64,000 nt of DNA from an uncultured beta proteobacterium (GCA_963824005.1 CAWGOK010000060.1:412-64411), one strand, 5' to 3'; numbered from the stretch's first letter, positions 9,753 to 21,431 are shown. The notes: a model not told the origin generated them from the letters alone. A program made the numbers and translations.

Positions 9753-11858
9753 ATGATCGAGTTGTCGGAAGTCGAAGCGGCGGCCGCCATGGTGCCGGGC
9801 GAATTCGTTTCCTTCCCGGGTTCGCCGTTCCAGCTGTTCCAGCCTTACGCGCCGGCCGGAGACCAGCCCCAGGCCATCGAGCAGCTGGTGGCCGGGCTGA
9901 ACGACGGCCTGAGCTACCAGACGCTGCTGGGCGTCACCGGCTCGGGCAAGACCTTCACCATGGCCAACGTGATCGCGCGGCTGGGCCGCCCGGCGATCGT
10001 CTTCGCGCCCAACAAGACGCTGGCCGCGCAGCTGTACAGCGAGTTCCGCGAGTTCTTCCCGAAGAACGCGGTGGAGTACTTCGTCAGCTACTACGACTAC
10101 TTCCAGCCCGAGGCCTACGTGCCGCAGCGCGACCTGTTCATCGAGAAGGACAGTTCCATCAACGAGCACATCGAGCAGATGCGCCTGTCGGCCACCAAGA
10201 GCCTGCTCGAGCGGCGCGACGTGCTCATCGTGGCCAGCGTGAGTGCGATCTACGGCATCGGTTCGCCGCAGGACTATCACAAGATGGTGATGACGCTGCG
10301 CGTGCGCGACAAGATGGGCCAGCGCGACGTCATCGCCCAGTTGATCCGCATGCAGTACCAGCGCAACGAGACCGACTTCTCGCGCGGCACCTTCCGCGTG
10401 CGCGGCGGCACCATCGACGTCTTCCCGGCCGAGCATTCCGAGCTGGCGATCCGCATCGAGCTGTTCGACGACGAGGTCGAGTCATTGCAGCTCTTCGACC
10501 CGCTCACCGGCCGCATCCGGCAGAAGATCCCGCGCTTCACCGTCTACCCGTCGAGCCACTACGTGACGCCGCGCGAGCGCGTGGTGGCCGCCATCGAGAC
10601 CATCAAGACCGAACTGCGCGAGCGGCTGGATGAACTGGTCAAGTCCGGCAAGCTGGTCGAGGCGCAGCGCCTCGAGCAGCGCACGCGCTTCGACCTGGAA
10701 ATGCTGCAGGAGGTGGGCCACTGCAAGGGCATCGAGAACTACACCCGACACTTGAGTGGTGCGGCGCCGGGTGAGCCGCCACCGACGCTGGTGGACTACC
10801 TGCCAACGGACACGATCATGTTCCTCGACGAGAGCCATGTGCTGATCGGGCAGTTCGGCGGCATGTTCAACGGCGACCGTGCGCGCAAGACCACGCTGGT
10901 GGAGTATGGCTTCCGCCTGCCCAGTGCGCTGGACAACCGGCCGCTGAAGTTCGACGAGTTCGAAGCCAAGATGCGCCAGGCGGTGTTCGTCTCGGCCACG
11001 CCCGGGCCCTACGAGCAGCAGCATGCCGGCCAGGTGGTGGAGCAACTGGCGCGCCCCACCGGGCTGGTCGACCCCGAGGTCGAAGTGCGTCCTGCGCTGC
11101 GCCAGGTGGACGATGTGCTGCAGGAAATCCATGAACGCGTGAAGCTGAATCAGCGCGTGCTCATCACCACGCTGACCAAGCGCATGGCCGAGCAGCTGAC
11201 CGACTACCTGTCGGACAACGGCGTCAAGGTGCGTTACCTGCACTCCGACATCGACACGGTCGAGCGCGTCGAGATCATCCGCGACCTGCGCCTGGGCGTG
11301 TTCGACGTGCTCGTGGGCATCAACCTGCTGCGCGAGGGACTGGACCTGCCGGAGGTGTCGCTGGTGGCCATCCTCGATGCCGACAAGGAAGGATTCCTGC
11401 GCTCGGAGCGCTCGCTGATCCAGACCATCGGCCGCGCGGCGCGCCACCTGAACGGCCGCGCCATCCTCTACGCCGACAAGATCACCGATTCGATGCAGCG
11501 CGCGCTGGACGAGACGCGGCGCCGGCGCGAGAAGCAGAGCGCACACAACCTGGCCGAGGGCATCACGCCGCGCAGCATCAGCAAGCACATACGCGAGATG
11601 ATCGACGGTGTGGTTTCGGACAAGACCGCGCGCGACGACTTGAAAGCCGCGCAGGCGGCGGCCGAGGTCGAGGCGATGAGTGAGAAGGACCTGGGCAAGC
11701 GCATCAAGTTGCTGGAAAAGCAGATGCTCGAGCACGCGCGCAATCTGGAGTTCGAGAAGGCAGCCCGGGTGCGCGACCAGTTGGCGCTGCTGCGCGAGCA
11801 GGCTTTTGGCGCTGCCGGGCACGATCTGCCGCCCGCCGCGCGGCCGGGGGCGGCGTAG
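9753..11858 (+). CDS. uvrB: Excinuclease ABC subunit B
   Basis: [34 protein letters not shown]-terminal UVR domain; GGAGGAG RBS before ATG 9753. Confidence 0.98.
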   Translation: MIELSEVEAAAAMVPGEFVSFPGSPFQLFQPYAPAGDQPQAIEQLVAGLNDGLSYQTLLGVTGSGKTFTMANVIARLGRPAIVFAPNKTLAAQLYSEFREFFPKNAVEYFVSYYDYFQPEAYVPQRDLFIEKDSSINEHIEQMRLSATKSLLERRDVLIVASVSAIYGIGSPQDYHKMVMTLRVRDKMGQRDVIAQLIRMQYQRNETDFSRGTFRVRGGTIDVFPAEHSELAIRIELFDDEVESLQLFDPLTGRIRQKIPRFTVYPSSHYVTPRERVVAAIETIKTELRERLDELVKSGKLVEAQRLEQRTRFDLEMLQEVGHCKGIENYTRHLSGAAPGEPPPTLVDYLPTDTIMFLDESHVLIGQFGGMFNGDRARKTTLVEYGFRLPSALDNRPLKFDEFEAKMRQAVFVSATPGPYEQQHAGQVVEQLARPTGLVDPEVEVRPALRQVDDVLQEIHERVKLNQRVLITTLTKRMAEQLTDYLSDNGVKVRYLHSDIDTVERVEIIRDLRLGVFDVLVGINLLREGLDLPEVSLVAILDADKEGFLRSERSLIQTIGRAARHLNGRAILYADKITDSMQRALDETRRRREKQSAHNLAEGITPRSISKHIREMIDGVVSDKTARDDLKAAQAAAEVEAMSEKDLGKRIKLLEKQMLEHARNLEFEKAARVRDQLALLREQAFGAAGHDLPPAARPGAA

Positions 11859-11898
11859 CGCGCCGCCGCCTCGTGTCACCCACGGAACTCTTCGCGGC

Positions 11899-11952
11899 AA
11901 TCTTGACCAAATCAGTCGGGTTCGTTTATACTTGACTGCGTTAGTAGGATTA
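11899..11952. promoter_or_regulatory. Two tandem IscR type-1-like operator sites
   Basis: AATCTTGACCAAATCAGTCGGGTTC (11899-11923) and ATACTTGACTGCGTTAGTAGGATTA (11928-11952), an AT-rich patch upstream of iscR matching the GAC-N7-GTC type-1 pattern. Confidence 0.7.
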
Positions 11953-12057
11953 AACAAGGGGTTTGCCCTTGCCTGGGTCCGATCACCACCCAGTGACGGC
12001 CTGGAGCAACCCGATGTTCGTTCTGCTGCTTTGCCGCGAGGCTGATTGGAGACTTCG

Positions 12058-12591
12058 ATGCGATTGACCACCAAAGGCCGCTTTGCCGTCACAGCCATGA
12101 TTGATCTGGGTCTGCGCTCGCACGCCGGGCCGGTGGCGCTGGCCGCGATCAGCCAGCGCCAGCAGATTTCGCTGTCCTACCTCGAGCAACTGTTCGGCAA
12201 GCTGCGCCGGCACGAACTGGTCGAAAGCACCCGCGGGCCGGGCGGCGGCTATTCGCTCGGCCGCAGTGCGGCCGAGATCACCGTGGCCGACATCATCGTG
12301 GCGGTGGACGAGCCGATCGACGCCACCGGCTGCGGCGGCAAGGAAAACTGCATGGGCGACGACACCGGCCGCTGCATGACCCATGACCTGTGGGCCAGCC
12401 TGAACGCCAAGATGATCGAGTACCTCGATTCGATCTCGCTGAAGAAGCTGGTCGATGAGCAGATCGCCAAGGGCGTGTCGATCCAGGACACGCCGGTCAA
12501 GCGCGCCATCTCGTCGCAACCGGTGGTGCGGCCGATCAAGATCACCGCACCGAACTCCGTGTTCGCGCTGGGCAGCGCGCTGACCAAGTAG
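12058..12591 (+). CDS. iscR: Fe-S cluster assembly transcriptional regulator IscR
   Basis: [30 protein letters not shown], three Cys plus THDLW. Confidence 0.97.
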   Translation: MRLTTKGRFAVTAMIDLGLRSHAGPVALAAISQRQQISLSYLEQLFGKLRRHELVESTRGPGGGYSLGRSAAEITVADIIVAVDEPIDATGCGGKENCMGDDTGRCMTHDLWASLNAKMIEYLDSISLKKLVDEQIAKGVSIQDTPVKRAISSQPVVRPIKITAPNSVFALGSALTK

Positions 12592-12649
12592 GCGCGGGCC
12601 GGGCACGCCACGGGCACCGCACAATTCACACAACCCACAGATTCGATCC

Positions 12650-13864
12650 ATGACCCCGCATTTCCCGATCTACATGGACTACGGTGCCACCACGCCCTGC
12701 GACACACGCGTGGTCGACGCGATGGTGCCCTGGCTGCACGAGCACTTCGGCAACCCGGCCTCGCGCAGCCACGCCTGGGGCTGGGAAGCGGAAGAAGCCG
12801 TGGAACGCGCGCGTGGCCAGGTGGCCGCGCTGGTCGGGGCCGACCCGCGTGAGATCGTCTGGACTTCGGGCGCCACCGAGTCGATCAATCTGGCGCTGAA
12901 GGGTGCGGCGCACTTCTACAGCACGCGCGGCAAGCACATCGTGACGGTGAAGACCGAGCACAAGGCGGTCCTGGACACGGTGCGCGAACTCGAGCGCCAG
13001 GGCTTCGAGGCCACTTACCTGGAAGTGCAGGAGAACGGCCTGCTCGACCTGAACCGGCTGGAACAGGCGCTGCGCAAGGACACCATCATCGTCTCGGTGC
13101 TGCTGGTCAACAACGAGATCGGCGTCATCCAGGACATCGTGGCGATCGGCAAGATGTGCCGCGAGCGCGGCATCATCTTCCACGTCGACGCGGCGCAGGC
13201 CAGCGGCAAGGTGGACATCGACCTGGCCCAGTTGCCGGTCGACCTGATGAGCCTGGCCTCGCACAAGACCTACGGCCCCAAGGGCGTGGGCGCGCTGTAC
13301 GTGCGGCGCAAGCCGCGCGTGCGCATCGAGGCGCAGATGCACGGCGGCGGCCACGAGCGCGGCATGCGCTCGGGCACGCTGCCCACGCACCAGATCGTCG
13401 GCATGGGCGAGGCCTTTGCCATCGCCAAGGCCGAGATGGGTGCCGAGCGCGAGCGCATCCACATGCTGCAGCAGCGCTTGCTGCGCGGGCTGTCCGACAT
13501 CGAGCAGGTGTTCGTCAACGGCGACCTGGAGCGGCGCGTGCCGCACAACTTGAACGTCTCCTTCAACTACGTCGAAGGTGAGTCGCTGATCATGGGCGTC
13601 AAGGGCATCGCCGTGTCGTCCGGATCGGCCTGCACCTCGGCCAGCCTGGAGCCCAGCTACGTGCTGCGCGCGCTCGGCCGCAGCGACGAGCTGGCGCATT
13701 CCAGCCTGCGCATGACCATCGGCCGCTTCACCACCGAAGCCGAGATCGACTACGCGGTGAAGACGCTGCAGGAGCAGGTGGCGAAGCTGCGCGACCTGTC
13801 GCCGTTGTGGGAGATGTACAAGGACGGCATCGACATCAGCACCATCCAATGGGCGGCCCACTGA
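12650..13864 (+). CDS. iscS: Cysteine desulfurase
   Basis: [34 protein letters not shown]. Confidence 0.98.
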   Translation: MTPHFPIYMDYGATTPCDTRVVDAMVPWLHEHFGNPASRSHAWGWEAEEAVERARGQVAALVGADPREIVWTSGATESINLALKGAAHFYSTRGKHIVTVKTEHKAVLDTVRELERQGFEATYLEVQENGLLDLNRLEQALRKDTIIVSVLLVNNEIGVIQDIVAIGKMCRERGIIFHVDAAQASGKVDIDLAQLPVDLMSLASHKTYGPKGVGALYVRRKPRVRIEAQMHGGGHERGMRSGTLPTHQIVGMGEAFAIAKAEMGAERERIHMLQQRLLRGLSDIEQVFVNGDLERRVPHNLNVSFNYVEGESLIMGVKGIAVSSGSACTSASLEPSYVLRALGRSDELAHSSLRMTIGRFTTEAEIDYAVKTLQEQVAKLRDLSPLWEMYKDGIDISTIQWAAH

Positions 13865-13898
13865 GGCTGCGCACTGAGTCTGAACCAGGAGAATCGAC

Positions 13899-14306
13899 AT
13901 GGCATACAGCGAAAAGGTCGTTGAACACTACGAGAATCCGCGCAACGTGGGCTCCTTCGACAAGGGTGACGAAAGCGTGGGCACCGGCATGGTCGGGGCC
14001 CCGGCCTGCGGCGACGTGATGAAGCTGCAGATCCGCGTCAACCCGGCCACCGGGCTGATCGAGGATGCGCGCTTCAAGACCTACGGCTGCGGCTCGGCCA
14101 TCGCATCGAGCTCGCTGGTCACCGAATGGGTCAAGGGCAAGACGCTCGACCAGGCGATGGACATCAAGAACACGCAGATCGCGCAGGAGCTGGCGCTGCC
14201 GCCGGTGAAGATCCACTGCTCGATCCTGGCCGAAGACGCCATCAAGGCGGCGGTGCAGGACTACAAGGCCAAACACGGCCAGGGCGAGACCGAGCAGGCG
14301 CACTGA
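13899..14306 (+). CDS. iscU: Fe-S scaffold protein
   Basis: [26 protein letters not shown]. Confidence 0.98.
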   Translation: MAYSEKVVEHYENPRNVGSFDKGDESVGTGMVGAPACGDVMKLQIRVNPATGLIEDARFKTYGCGSAIASSSLVTEWVKGKTLDQAMDIKNTQIAQELALPPVKIHCSILAEDAIKAAVQDYKAKHGQGETEQAH

Positions 14307-14307
14307 C

Positions 14308-14631
14308 ATGCCGGTGACCCTGACGGAAGCCGCGGCCCGCCACGTCTCGCGCTACATCAGCAAGCGCGGCAAGGGCGTGGGCGTGCGCCTGGGCGTCAAG
14401 ACCACCGGCTGCTCGGGCCTGGCCTACAAGCTGGAATACGCCGACGAGGTGGCGCCCGAGGATCTGGTCTTCGAGGGCCACGGCGTGAAGGTGCTGGTCG
14501 ACCCTAAGAGCTTCCCCTACCTCGATGGCACCGAACTGGATTTCGTGCGCGAAGGCCTCAACGAGGGTTTCAAGTTCCACAACCCGCGCGAGAAGGACCG
14601 TTGCGGCTGCGGCGAGTCGTTCCGCGTCTGA
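14308..14631 (+). CDS. iscA: Fe-S assembly A-type carrier
   Basis: [16 protein letters not shown]. Confidence 0.97.
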   Translation: MPVTLTEAAARHVSRYISKRGKGVGVRLGVKTTGCSGLAYKLEYADEVAPEDLVFEGHGVKVLVDPKSFPYLDGTELDFVREGLNEGFKFHNPREKDRCGCGESFRV

Positions 14632-14719
14632 GCCCGACCCAGCCGCACCCCGTACCCCGGCACGGCCGCTGCGCCGCGCCATGAACCCGAGCGCGATGCC
14701 GCGCTTCCGTGTCCCGGCC

Positions 14720-15226
14720 ATGGTCCAGTCCCCGCTCACCCGCGAACGCCTCGATATCCGCAACGAAAGCCCGGACCAGCCGCAGGTGCGCGCGCTGCTG
14801 CAGGCCTTGGACGACTACCTGGGCAGCCTGTATGCGCCACACGACAACCACATCCTCAGCGTGGACGAGTTGCTGTCGCCGCAGGTGTGCTTCCTGGTCG
14901 CACGCAGCGAAAACCGCGCCGTCGGCTGCGGCGCCTTCCGGCGCATGCCCGGCGAGGCCGCCACCGCTGGCCAGGCCTATGGCGAGATCAAACGCATGAT
15001 GGTCGAACCCGCGGCGCGCGGCAACGGCATCGGTGCCGCGCTGCTGGCGCGGCTGGAGCAGCAATTGCTCGACCAGGGCCTCGGCGTGGCGCTGCTGGAA
15101 ACCGGCGCCGCGCAGGCGCAGGCGGTGGCCTTGTACGAACGCTGCGGCTATCGGCGCCGCGCGGCCTTCGGCGCTTACCCGGACAACGGGCTGTCGCTGT
15201 TCTATGAAAAGCGCCTGGGCCAATGA
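14720..15226 (+). CDS. GNAT-family N-acetyltransferase
   Basis: AVGCGAF, GEIKRMMV, ARGNGIG (acetyl-CoA motif A), LLETG, ALYERCGY; start uncertain (14681/14696/14720); stop overlaps the hscB ATG. Confidence 0.85.
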   Translation: MVQSPLTRERLDIRNESPDQPQVRALLQALDDYLGSLYAPHDNHILSVDELLSPQVCFLVARSENRAVGCGAFRRMPGEAATAGQAYGEIKRMMVEPAARGNGIGAALLARLEQQLLDQGLGVALLETGAAQAQAVALYERCGYRRRAAFGAYPDNGLSLFYEKRLGQ

Positions 15227-15741
15227 ACATCGACGACGACGACTTCACGCTGTTCGGCTTGCCCGAGCGCTTTGCGCTCGACGCGGCCCAGTTGGACAAG
15301 CGTTGGCGCGAACTGCAGGCTTCAGTGCACCCGGACCGCTTTGCCGCCCAGGGTGCCGCGGCGCAGCGCATCGCCATGCAATGGTCGGTGCGGGTGAACC
15401 AGGCTTACCAGCGCCTGAAGGATCCGCTGAAGCGCGCGGCCTATCTGTGCGAGCGCCGCGGCACGTCGATCGATGCCGAGCGCAACACGGCCATGCCGCG
15501 TGAGTTCCTGATGCAACAGATGGCCTGGCGCGAGGCGCTCGACGAGGCCGGCGATGGTGCGCAGGTGCAGGTGCTGGCGCACCAGGTGGAACAGCACGAA
15601 CAGGCGCAGCTCGGACAACTGCAGGACCTGCTCGACGAGCGCGACGACGTCGCCGCCGCAGCGGCGCAGGTGCGCGCGCTGATGTTCGTGGCCCGCTTTC
15701 GCCAGGACATCGACCAACGCCTGGAAGCCCTGGAACAATGA
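15223..15741 (+). CDS. hscB: Fe-S co-chaperone HscB
   Basis: J-domain HPDRF, VNQAYQRLKDPLKRAAY, FLMQQMAWRE. Confidence 0.96.
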   Translation: MNIDDDDFTLFGLPERFALDAAQLDKRWRELQASVHPDRFAAQGAAAQRIAMQWSVRVNQAYQRLKDPLKRAAYLCERRGTSIDAERNTAMPREFLMQQMAWREALDEAGDGAQVQVLAHQVEQHEQAQLGQLQDLLDERDDVAAAAAQVRALMFVARFRQDIDQRLEALEQ

Positions 15742-15759
15742 CTCCCTTTTTCCGCTGAC

Positions 15760-17628
15760 ATGGCGCTGCTGCAGATTTCCGAACCCGGCCAGACGCCCGA
15801 CCCGCACCAGCGGCGCATTGCCGTGGGCATCGACCTCGGCACCACCCATTCGCTGGTGGCGGCCGTGCGCCATGGCGTGGCTGAATGCCTGCCCGACGCG
15901 CAGGGCCGTGTGCTGCTGCCGTCGGTGGTGCGCTATCTCGATGGCCAGCGCCGTCAGGTCGGCTTCGACGCGCGCGCGCACCAAGCCGAGGATGCGGCCC
16001 ACACCATCGCCTCGGCCAAGCGCTTGATGGGCCGGCGCCTGGCCGACCTGCAGGGCGCCGCGCAGCTGCCCTACCAGTTCGTCGACCAGCCCGGCATGGT
16101 CGCGGTGCACACGCGCCAAGGCCTGAAGACCGCGGTGGAGGTGTCGGCCGAGATCCTGGCCACGCTGCGCCAGCGCGCCGAAGACAGCTTCGACGACAAA
16201 CTGTTCGGCGCCGTCATCACCGTACCGGCCTATTTCGACGACGCGCAGCGTCAGGCGACCAAGGACGCCGCGCAGCTGGCCGGCCTGAACGTGCTGCGCC
16301 TGATCAACGAACCGACTGCGGCCGCCGTGGCCTACGGGCTGGACCACGGCAGCGAGGGCCTGTACGCGGTCTACGACCTCGGCGGTGGCACATTCGACGT
16401 GTCGTTGCTGCGCCTGACCCAGGGCGTGTTCGAGGTGGTGGCCACCGGTGGCGATGCGGCGCTGGGCGGCGACGACTTCGACCAACGGCTCGCCGCCTGG
16501 GCGCTGCAGCAAGGTGAGCGCAGCGCCGTCAGCGCGCGCGACAAGGGGGCCTTGCAAATGGCCGCGCGCCGCGCACGCGAGGCGCTCACCGAGCATGTGC
16601 TGGCCACGCTGCATTGCCCGCTGGACGGCGGCGATCTGCGCATCGACGTCACGCGCGAGCAACTCGAGACGCTGACCCGGCCGCTGCTCGATCGCACGCT
16701 GGCCGCGCTGCGCAAGGTGCTGCGCGACGCAAGAGCTCAGCGCGACGAAGTGATCGGCGTGGTCATGGTCGGCGGCGCCACGCGCATGCCGGCGGTGCGC
16801 CGCGCGGTCGGCGAGTTTTTTGGCGCTGACGGGCATGCGCGCGTGCTCACCGACGTCAACCCCGACGAGGTGGTGGCGCTGGGCGCGGCCATCCAGGCCG
16901 ACGCGCTGGCCGGCAACGCCAAGGACGGCCAGTTGCTGCTGCTCGACGTGATCCCGCTGTCTCTCGGCATCGAAACCATGGGCGGCCTGGTCGAGCGCAT
17001 CGTCGAGCGCAACACCACCATCCCAGTGGCCAAGGCGCAGGAATTCACCACCTACCAGGACGGCCAGACGGCGATGGCCATCCACGTGGTGCAGGGCGAG
17101 CGTGAGCTGGTGGCCGACTGCCGCTCGCTGGCGCGCTTCGAGCTGCGTGGCATCCCGCCGATGGCCGCCGGGGTGGCGCGCATCCGCGTCAGCTTTCAGG
17201 TCGATGCCGACGGGCTGCTCAGCGTGTCGGCGCTCGAAACCGTCAGCGGCGTGATGGCCAGCGTGGTCGTCAAGCCCAGTTACGGCCTCGGCGACGACCA
17301 GGTGGCGCAGATGCTGCGCGACGGCTTCACCCATGCACAAGGCGACATGCAACTGCGCGCGTTGCGCGAGGCCAGGGTCGATGCCGAGCGGCTTCTGCTG
17401 GCCACGCATTCGGCGCTCGACGCTGACCGTGACCTTCTGTCCGACGCCGAACGCCAAGCCATCGATGCGCTCATGGCTGGCCTGCGCCAGGTGGCCGCCG
17501 ACGACGACCACGTCGCCATCAACGCGGCGGTCGAGGCGCTGGCCAAGGGCACCGAGGAATTCGCCGCCGCGCGCATGAACCGCGGCATCCGCCAAGCGCT
17601 GGCCGGGCGCAGCATCGAGGACGTCTGA
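15760..17628 (+). CDS. hscA: Fe-S chaperone HscA (Hsp70 family)
   Basis: [45 protein letters not shown]. Confidence 0.97.
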   Translation: MALLQISEPGQTPDPHQRRIAVGIDLGTTHSLVAAVRHGVAECLPDAQGRVLLPSVVRYLDGQRRQVGFDARAHQAEDAAHTIASAKRLMGRRLADLQGAAQLPYQFVDQPGMVAVHTRQGLKTAVEVSAEILATLRQRAEDSFDDKLFGAVITVPAYFDDAQRQATKDAAQLAGLNVLRLINEPTAAAVAYGLDHGSEGLYAVYDLGGGTFDVSLLRLTQGVFEVVATGGDAALGGDDFDQRLAAWALQQGERSAVSARDKGALQMAARRAREALTEHVLATLHCPLDGGDLRIDVTREQLETLTRPLLDRTLAALRKVLRDARAQRDEVIGVVMVGGATRMPAVRRAVGEFFGADGHARVLTDVNPDEVVALGAAIQADALAGNAKDGQLLLLDVIPLSLGIETMGGLVERIVERNTTIPVAKAQEFTTYQDGQTAMAIHVVQGERELVADCRSLARFELRGIPPMAAGVARIRVSFQVDADGLLSVSALETVSGVMASVVVKPSYGLGDDQVAQMLRDGFTHAQGDMQLRALREARVDAERLLLATHSALDADRDLLSDAERQAIDALMAGLRQVAADDDHVAINAAVEALAKGTEEFAAARMNRGIRQALAGRSIEDV

Positions 17629-17640
17629 GGACAAGCCACG

Positions 17641-17979
17641 ATGCCGCACATCCGCATCCTGCCGCATGCCGAGCTCTGCCCGCTGGGCGACGACATCGAG
17701 GCCGCACCGGGCACCTCGATCTGCGAGGCGCTGCTCGAGAACGGCATCGCCATTGAACATGCCTGCGAGATGAGCTGCGCCTGCACCACCTGCCACGTCA
17801 TCGTGCGCGAAGGCTTCGATACGCTGGGCGAGATGGACGAGTCCGAAGAAGACCTGCTCGACCGCGCCTGGGGCCTGACGCCCACCTCGCGCCTGTCGTG
17901 CCAGGCGATCCTGTCGCAGCAGGACGTGACCATCGAGCTGCCCAAGTACACCATCAACCACGCGCGCGAGAACCACTGA
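17641..17979 (+). CDS. fdx: ISC 2Fe-2S ferredoxin
   Basis: [30 protein letters not shown]. Confidence 0.97.
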   Translation: MPHIRILPHAELCPLGDDIEAAPGTSICEALLENGIAIEHACEMSCACTTCHVIVREGFDTLGEMDESEEDLLDRAWGLTPTSRLSCQAILSQQDVTIELPKYTINHARENH

Positions 17980-17986
17980 CCCGCCG

Positions 17987-19018
17987 ATGAAGGTGCTGGG
18001 CATCGAGAGCTCCTGCGACGAGACGGGCGTCGCGCTGGTCGACGCGACAAGCGAGGGCGTTCCACAGTTGCTGGCGCAGGCGCTGCACAGCCAGGTGGAC
18101 ATGCACCGGGCCTACGGCGGCGTGGTGCCCGAACTGGCCTCGCGCGACCACATCCGCCGCGTGCTGCCGTTGACGCGCCAGGTCGTGGCCGACGCCGGTT
18201 GCGCCCTACAGGACATCGACCTGGTGGCCTACACGCGCGGGCCGGGGCTGGCGGGGGCGCTGCTGGTTGGTGCAGGCGTGGCGGTGGCCTTGGCGGCCGC
18301 GCTGGGCAAGCCGACATTGGGCGTGCACCATCTGGAAGGGCACCTGCTGTCGCCGTTCCTGTCGGCCGACCCGCCGCACTTCCCTTTCGTGGCACTGCTT
18401 GTCTCGGGCGGACATACGCAGCTGATGCGTGTCGATGAGGTGGGGCGCTACACGATGCTGGGCGAGACCATCGACGACGCCGCCGGCGAGGCCTTCGACA
18501 AGAGCGCCAAGCTGCTCGGCCTGGCTTACCCGGGTGGGCCGGCACTGGCGCGTCTGGCCGAGCAGGGTCGCGCGGACGCATTCGACCTGCCGCGCCCGAT
18601 GCTGGGCAAGCCCAACCTGGACTTTTCCTTTGCCGGGCTGAAGACCGCGGTGGCCGTGCGCGTCGGCAAGCTGGCCCAGCCCTTGAGCGAAACGCAACGC
18701 ACCGACATGGCGGCCAGCGTGCAGGCCGCGATCGTCGATGTGCTGTGCGCCAAGTCGATCCGTGCGCTGCACAGCACCGGTCTGTCCCGCTTGGTGGTCG
18801 CCGGCGGCGTGGGCGCAAACACCCGTCTGCGCGAGCGGCTCGATGCCGCCTGTATGCGCCTGGGCGCACGCGTGCACTACCCCGAGTTGGCGCTGTGCAC
18901 CGACAACGGCGCGATGATTGCGCTGGCCGCGGCCATGCGCCTGCAGCGCGGCTTGGCCGCAGTCGAACGCCATGGAGCCTTCGACGTGCGACCGCGCTGG
19001 GATCTCACTCTGGCCTGA
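17987..19018 (+). CDS. tsaD: tRNA N6-adenosine threonylcarbamoyltransferase TsaD
   Basis: [44 protein letters not shown]. Confidence 0.97.
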   Translation: MKVLGIESSCDETGVALVDATSEGVPQLLAQALHSQVDMHRAYGGVVPELASRDHIRRVLPLTRQVVADAGCALQDIDLVAYTRGPGLAGALLVGAGVAVALAAALGKPTLGVHHLEGHLLSPFLSADPPHFPFVALLVSGGHTQLMRVDEVGRYTMLGETIDDAAGEAFDKSAKLLGLAYPGGPALARLAEQGRADAFDLPRPMLGKPNLDFSFAGLKTAVAVRVGKLAQPLSETQRTDMAASVQAAIVDVLCAKSIRALHSTGLSRLVVAGGVGANTRLRERLDAACMRLGARVHYPELALCTDNGAMIALAAAMRLQRGLAAVERHGAFDVRPRWDLTLA

Positions 19019-19074
19019 GTCAGGACATCAGCGCGGGTACGAAGACTCGCCGCGACGTCGACCCAGCGCTGAGT

Positions 19075-19512
19075 TCAGCTGACGGTGATCTGCACCGCCG
19101 ACGGCGCGCCACGCTTGGTCAAGGTCAGCGTCAGCACGCCGTTGTCGAGCTTGGCCGCCGACTCGGCCTGATCCACGTCTGCGGCCACCGTGAAGCTGCG
19201 CGCATAGCTGGACACCGAACGCTCGCGGTAGACCACTCGATCGCCTTCCTTCTTCTCTTCTTCCTTGCGTGTTTGCGCCTCGATGCTGACATGTCGTCCG
19301 TCGATGGAGACCTTCACGTCTTCCTTGGCGACGCCGGGCAGATCCAGCTTGACGGTATAGGCGCGGTCGGATTCCGAGACATCGATGGCCGGGCTGCGCG
19401 GGTTGCCGTTCTGCGGAGCAGGGGCGAAGAAGCGATCAAATCCGTCATCGAAGAGGCGCTCGAAACTGCGGGCCAAGTCGGATGAATTGCGGGTCATGGG
19501 AACGAGGAACAT
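19075..19512 (-). CDS. Hsp20/alpha-crystallin small heat shock protein
   Basis: PAIDVSE, DLPGVAKEDV, AKLDNGVLTLTL; start 19512 or 19518. Confidence 0.92.
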   Translation of the reverse strand: MFLVPMTRNSSDLARSFERLFDDGFDRFFAPAPQNGNPRSPAIDVSESDRAYTVKLDLPGVAKEDVKVSIDGRHVSIEAQTRKEEEKKEGDRVVYRERSVSSYARSFTVAADVDQAESAAKLDNGVLTLTLTKRGAPSAVQITVS

Positions 19513-19571
19513 GCTCAACTCCTAGAATCAAGACCGGTCCCGGCAATCCACAGCCGGCACCCATACTCAAG

Positions 19572-19599
19572 AGATGGCAGCGCGCCGACTCTTTTCAAG
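19572..19599 (-). promoter_or_regulatory. Probable sigma-32 (RpoH) promoter of hsp20
   Basis: Minus strand CTTGAAA-N14-GCCATCT, close to the CTTGAA...CCCATnT consensus. Confidence 0.6.
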
Positions 19600-19660
19600 G
19601 CCCGAGTGTTTGCCTGCGTCAAGTGCGCGTCGGGCCGCCATCCACCCGAAACAAGCCGCC

Positions 19661-20809
19661 ATGCGCGACACCATCGCCCAACTGCCTGGATCGAAGATTC
19701 GCGAAGTCGCCAATGCGGCCATGGGTCGCAGCGACGTGCTGGCCTTCTGGTTCGGCGAGAGTGACGAAGTCACGCCCGAGGCGGTGCGCCGCGCCGCAGC
19801 GAAATCGCTGCTCGACGGCGAGACCTTCTACTCGCACAACCTGGGGCTGCCCGAACTTCGCCAGGCCCTGGCGGCGTATTGCTCCGGCCTGCACGGGCCT
19901 GTGGACGTGGATCGCGTCGTCGTCACCTCGTCAGGCGTGAATGCGCTGATGCTGGCCATGCAGATGCTGGCCGGCGCCCTCGACGAGGTGGTGGCGGTGG
20001 TGCCGCTGTGGCCCAACCTGACGGCCCAGGCGGCCATCATGGGTGCGACGGTGCGGCGAATCGCGCTGCGGCCGCGGCACGGTCAGTGGTCGCTGGACCT
20101 GGACGAACTGCGCTCCACAGTGACATCGGCCACCAAGCTGCTGCTGCTGAACGCACCCAACAACCCGACCGGATGGACGCTGACGCGCGACGAGCAGCTG
20201 GCGATCCTGGCGCACTGCCGCCGCACTGGCACCTGGATCGTGGCCGACGAGGTGTACGAGCGCATCCACTTCGGTGGCGGACTGGCTGCCCCGAGCTTCC
20301 TCGACATCGCCACGGACGAAGACCGTCTGGTGGTGGCACACAGCTTTTCCAAAAGCTTCCTGATGACCGGCTGGCGCCTGGGCTGGCTGGTGCTGCCGCG
20401 TGGCCATCTCGACGCCGCCGCCAAGCTGATCGAGTTCAACACCTCCTGCGCGCCGGTATTCGTGCAGCGCGGTGGCTTGGCAGCGCTGGAGATTGCGCCC
20501 GACTTCGTGCCCGCGCTGGTGCAGCGCCTGCGCGCGTGCCGTGATCTGCTCGTCGGCGGTCTGGCGGCACTGCCCGGCATCGAGGTAGCCATGCCCGCCG
20601 GCGGCATGTATGCCTTCTTCCGCATCGCGGGCCAGGCCGATTCGCTGGCCTTTGCCACTCAGCTGGTCCAGCGGCACGGCCTTGGCCTGGCGCCCGGCGT
20701 GGCCTTCGGGCCAGAGGGCGAAGGCTGGCTGCGCTGGTGTTTCGCCTCGCACGACCCGCAGCGGCTGACCGTCGGGGTGCAACGCCTGGCCAAGGCGCTT
20801 GGGCTATAA
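19661..20809 (+). CDS. PLP-dependent class I/II aminotransferase
   Basis: NAPNNPTG, ADEVY, SFSKSFLMTGWRLGW, LAPGVAFG. Confidence 0.9.
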   Translation: MRDTIAQLPGSKIREVANAAMGRSDVLAFWFGESDEVTPEAVRRAAAKSLLDGETFYSHNLGLPELRQALAAYCSGLHGPVDVDRVVVTSSGVNALMLAMQMLAGALDEVVAVVPLWPNLTAQAAIMGATVRRIALRPRHGQWSLDLDELRSTVTSATKLLLLNAPNNPTGWTLTRDEQLAILAHCRRTGTWIVADEVYERIHFGGGLAAPSFLDIATDEDRLVVAHSFSKSFLMTGWRLGWLVLPRGHLDAAAKLIEFNTSCAPVFVQRGGLAALEIAPDFVPALVQRLRACRDLLVGGLAALPGIEVAMPAGGMYAFFRIAGQADSLAFATQLVQRHGLGLAPGVAFGPEGEGWLRWCFASHDPQRLTVGVQRLAKALGL

Positions 20810-20810
20810 T
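20805..20810 (+). promoter_or_regulatory. Probable sigma-70 -10 box for rpsO-pnp
   Basis: Perfect TATAAT overlapping the TAA stop of the upstream aminotransferase, followed by a structured ~150-nt leader. Confidence 0.55.
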
Positions 20811-20964
20811 CATCGATCTTTGCAGCTGCGGCTCTAACCGGGCCCGTGCGCGAAGAGCCAGCACGATGCGGGTCGGTTTCACCTGTAGTCGCAAGTAGCA
20901 CCGGAAACCGTCGCAGCGCCGCAGCATGGCCTGGGCAGGCGGTTTCCAAATCAAAGGAAATCTC

Positions 20965-21234
20965 ATGACCATGGCAGGCGCGCAAGTCGCTGAAATCATC
21001 AAATCCAATGCGCGCAGCGCCTCGGATACCGGTTCGCCCGAAGTGCAGGTGGCCTTGCTCACCGCACGCATCAACGAACTCACCCCGCACTTCAAGCTGC
21101 ACCTGAAGGACCATCACGGCCGCCGCGGCCTGCTGAAGATGGTCAATCAGCGCAAGCGCCTGCTGTCCTACCTGAAGGACAAGGACGCCGACCGCTACAC
21201 CGCGCTGATCGCCAAGCTCGGCCTGCGCAAGTAG
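20965..21234 (+). CDS. rpsO: 30S ribosomal protein S15
   Basis: [43 protein letters not shown]; start 20965 or 20971. Confidence 0.98.
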   Translation: MTMAGAQVAEIIKSNARSASDTGSPEVQVALLTARINELTPHFKLHLKDHHGRRGLLKMVNQRKRLLSYLKDKDADRYTALIAKLGLRK

Positions 21235-21431
21235 ATCCCCGATGAAAACGACAGCCCGCTCGCATGTTGCCGCGCGGCGCTGTCTGGAGCAGGGCACTTG
21301 AAGGGCATCCGCTTGTCATTCCACCGACGCCATGGCATGGGTGTCGTTGGAATGGCATGCCGCCAAGAGAAGGCCGCTCCTGGTCAAGGGCACCACCCCA
21401 AGTGTGCCGATTCCGCAAAGGAGTACTTCCG

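Noticed and set aside
15322..18102. Very long antisense or off-frame ORFs (926 aa here; also 21384-23405, 31148-33964, 35781-38072 and others)
   Set aside because: They shadow well-recognised genes on the opposite strand and have no motifs. This is expected in high-GC DNA with strong codon bias.
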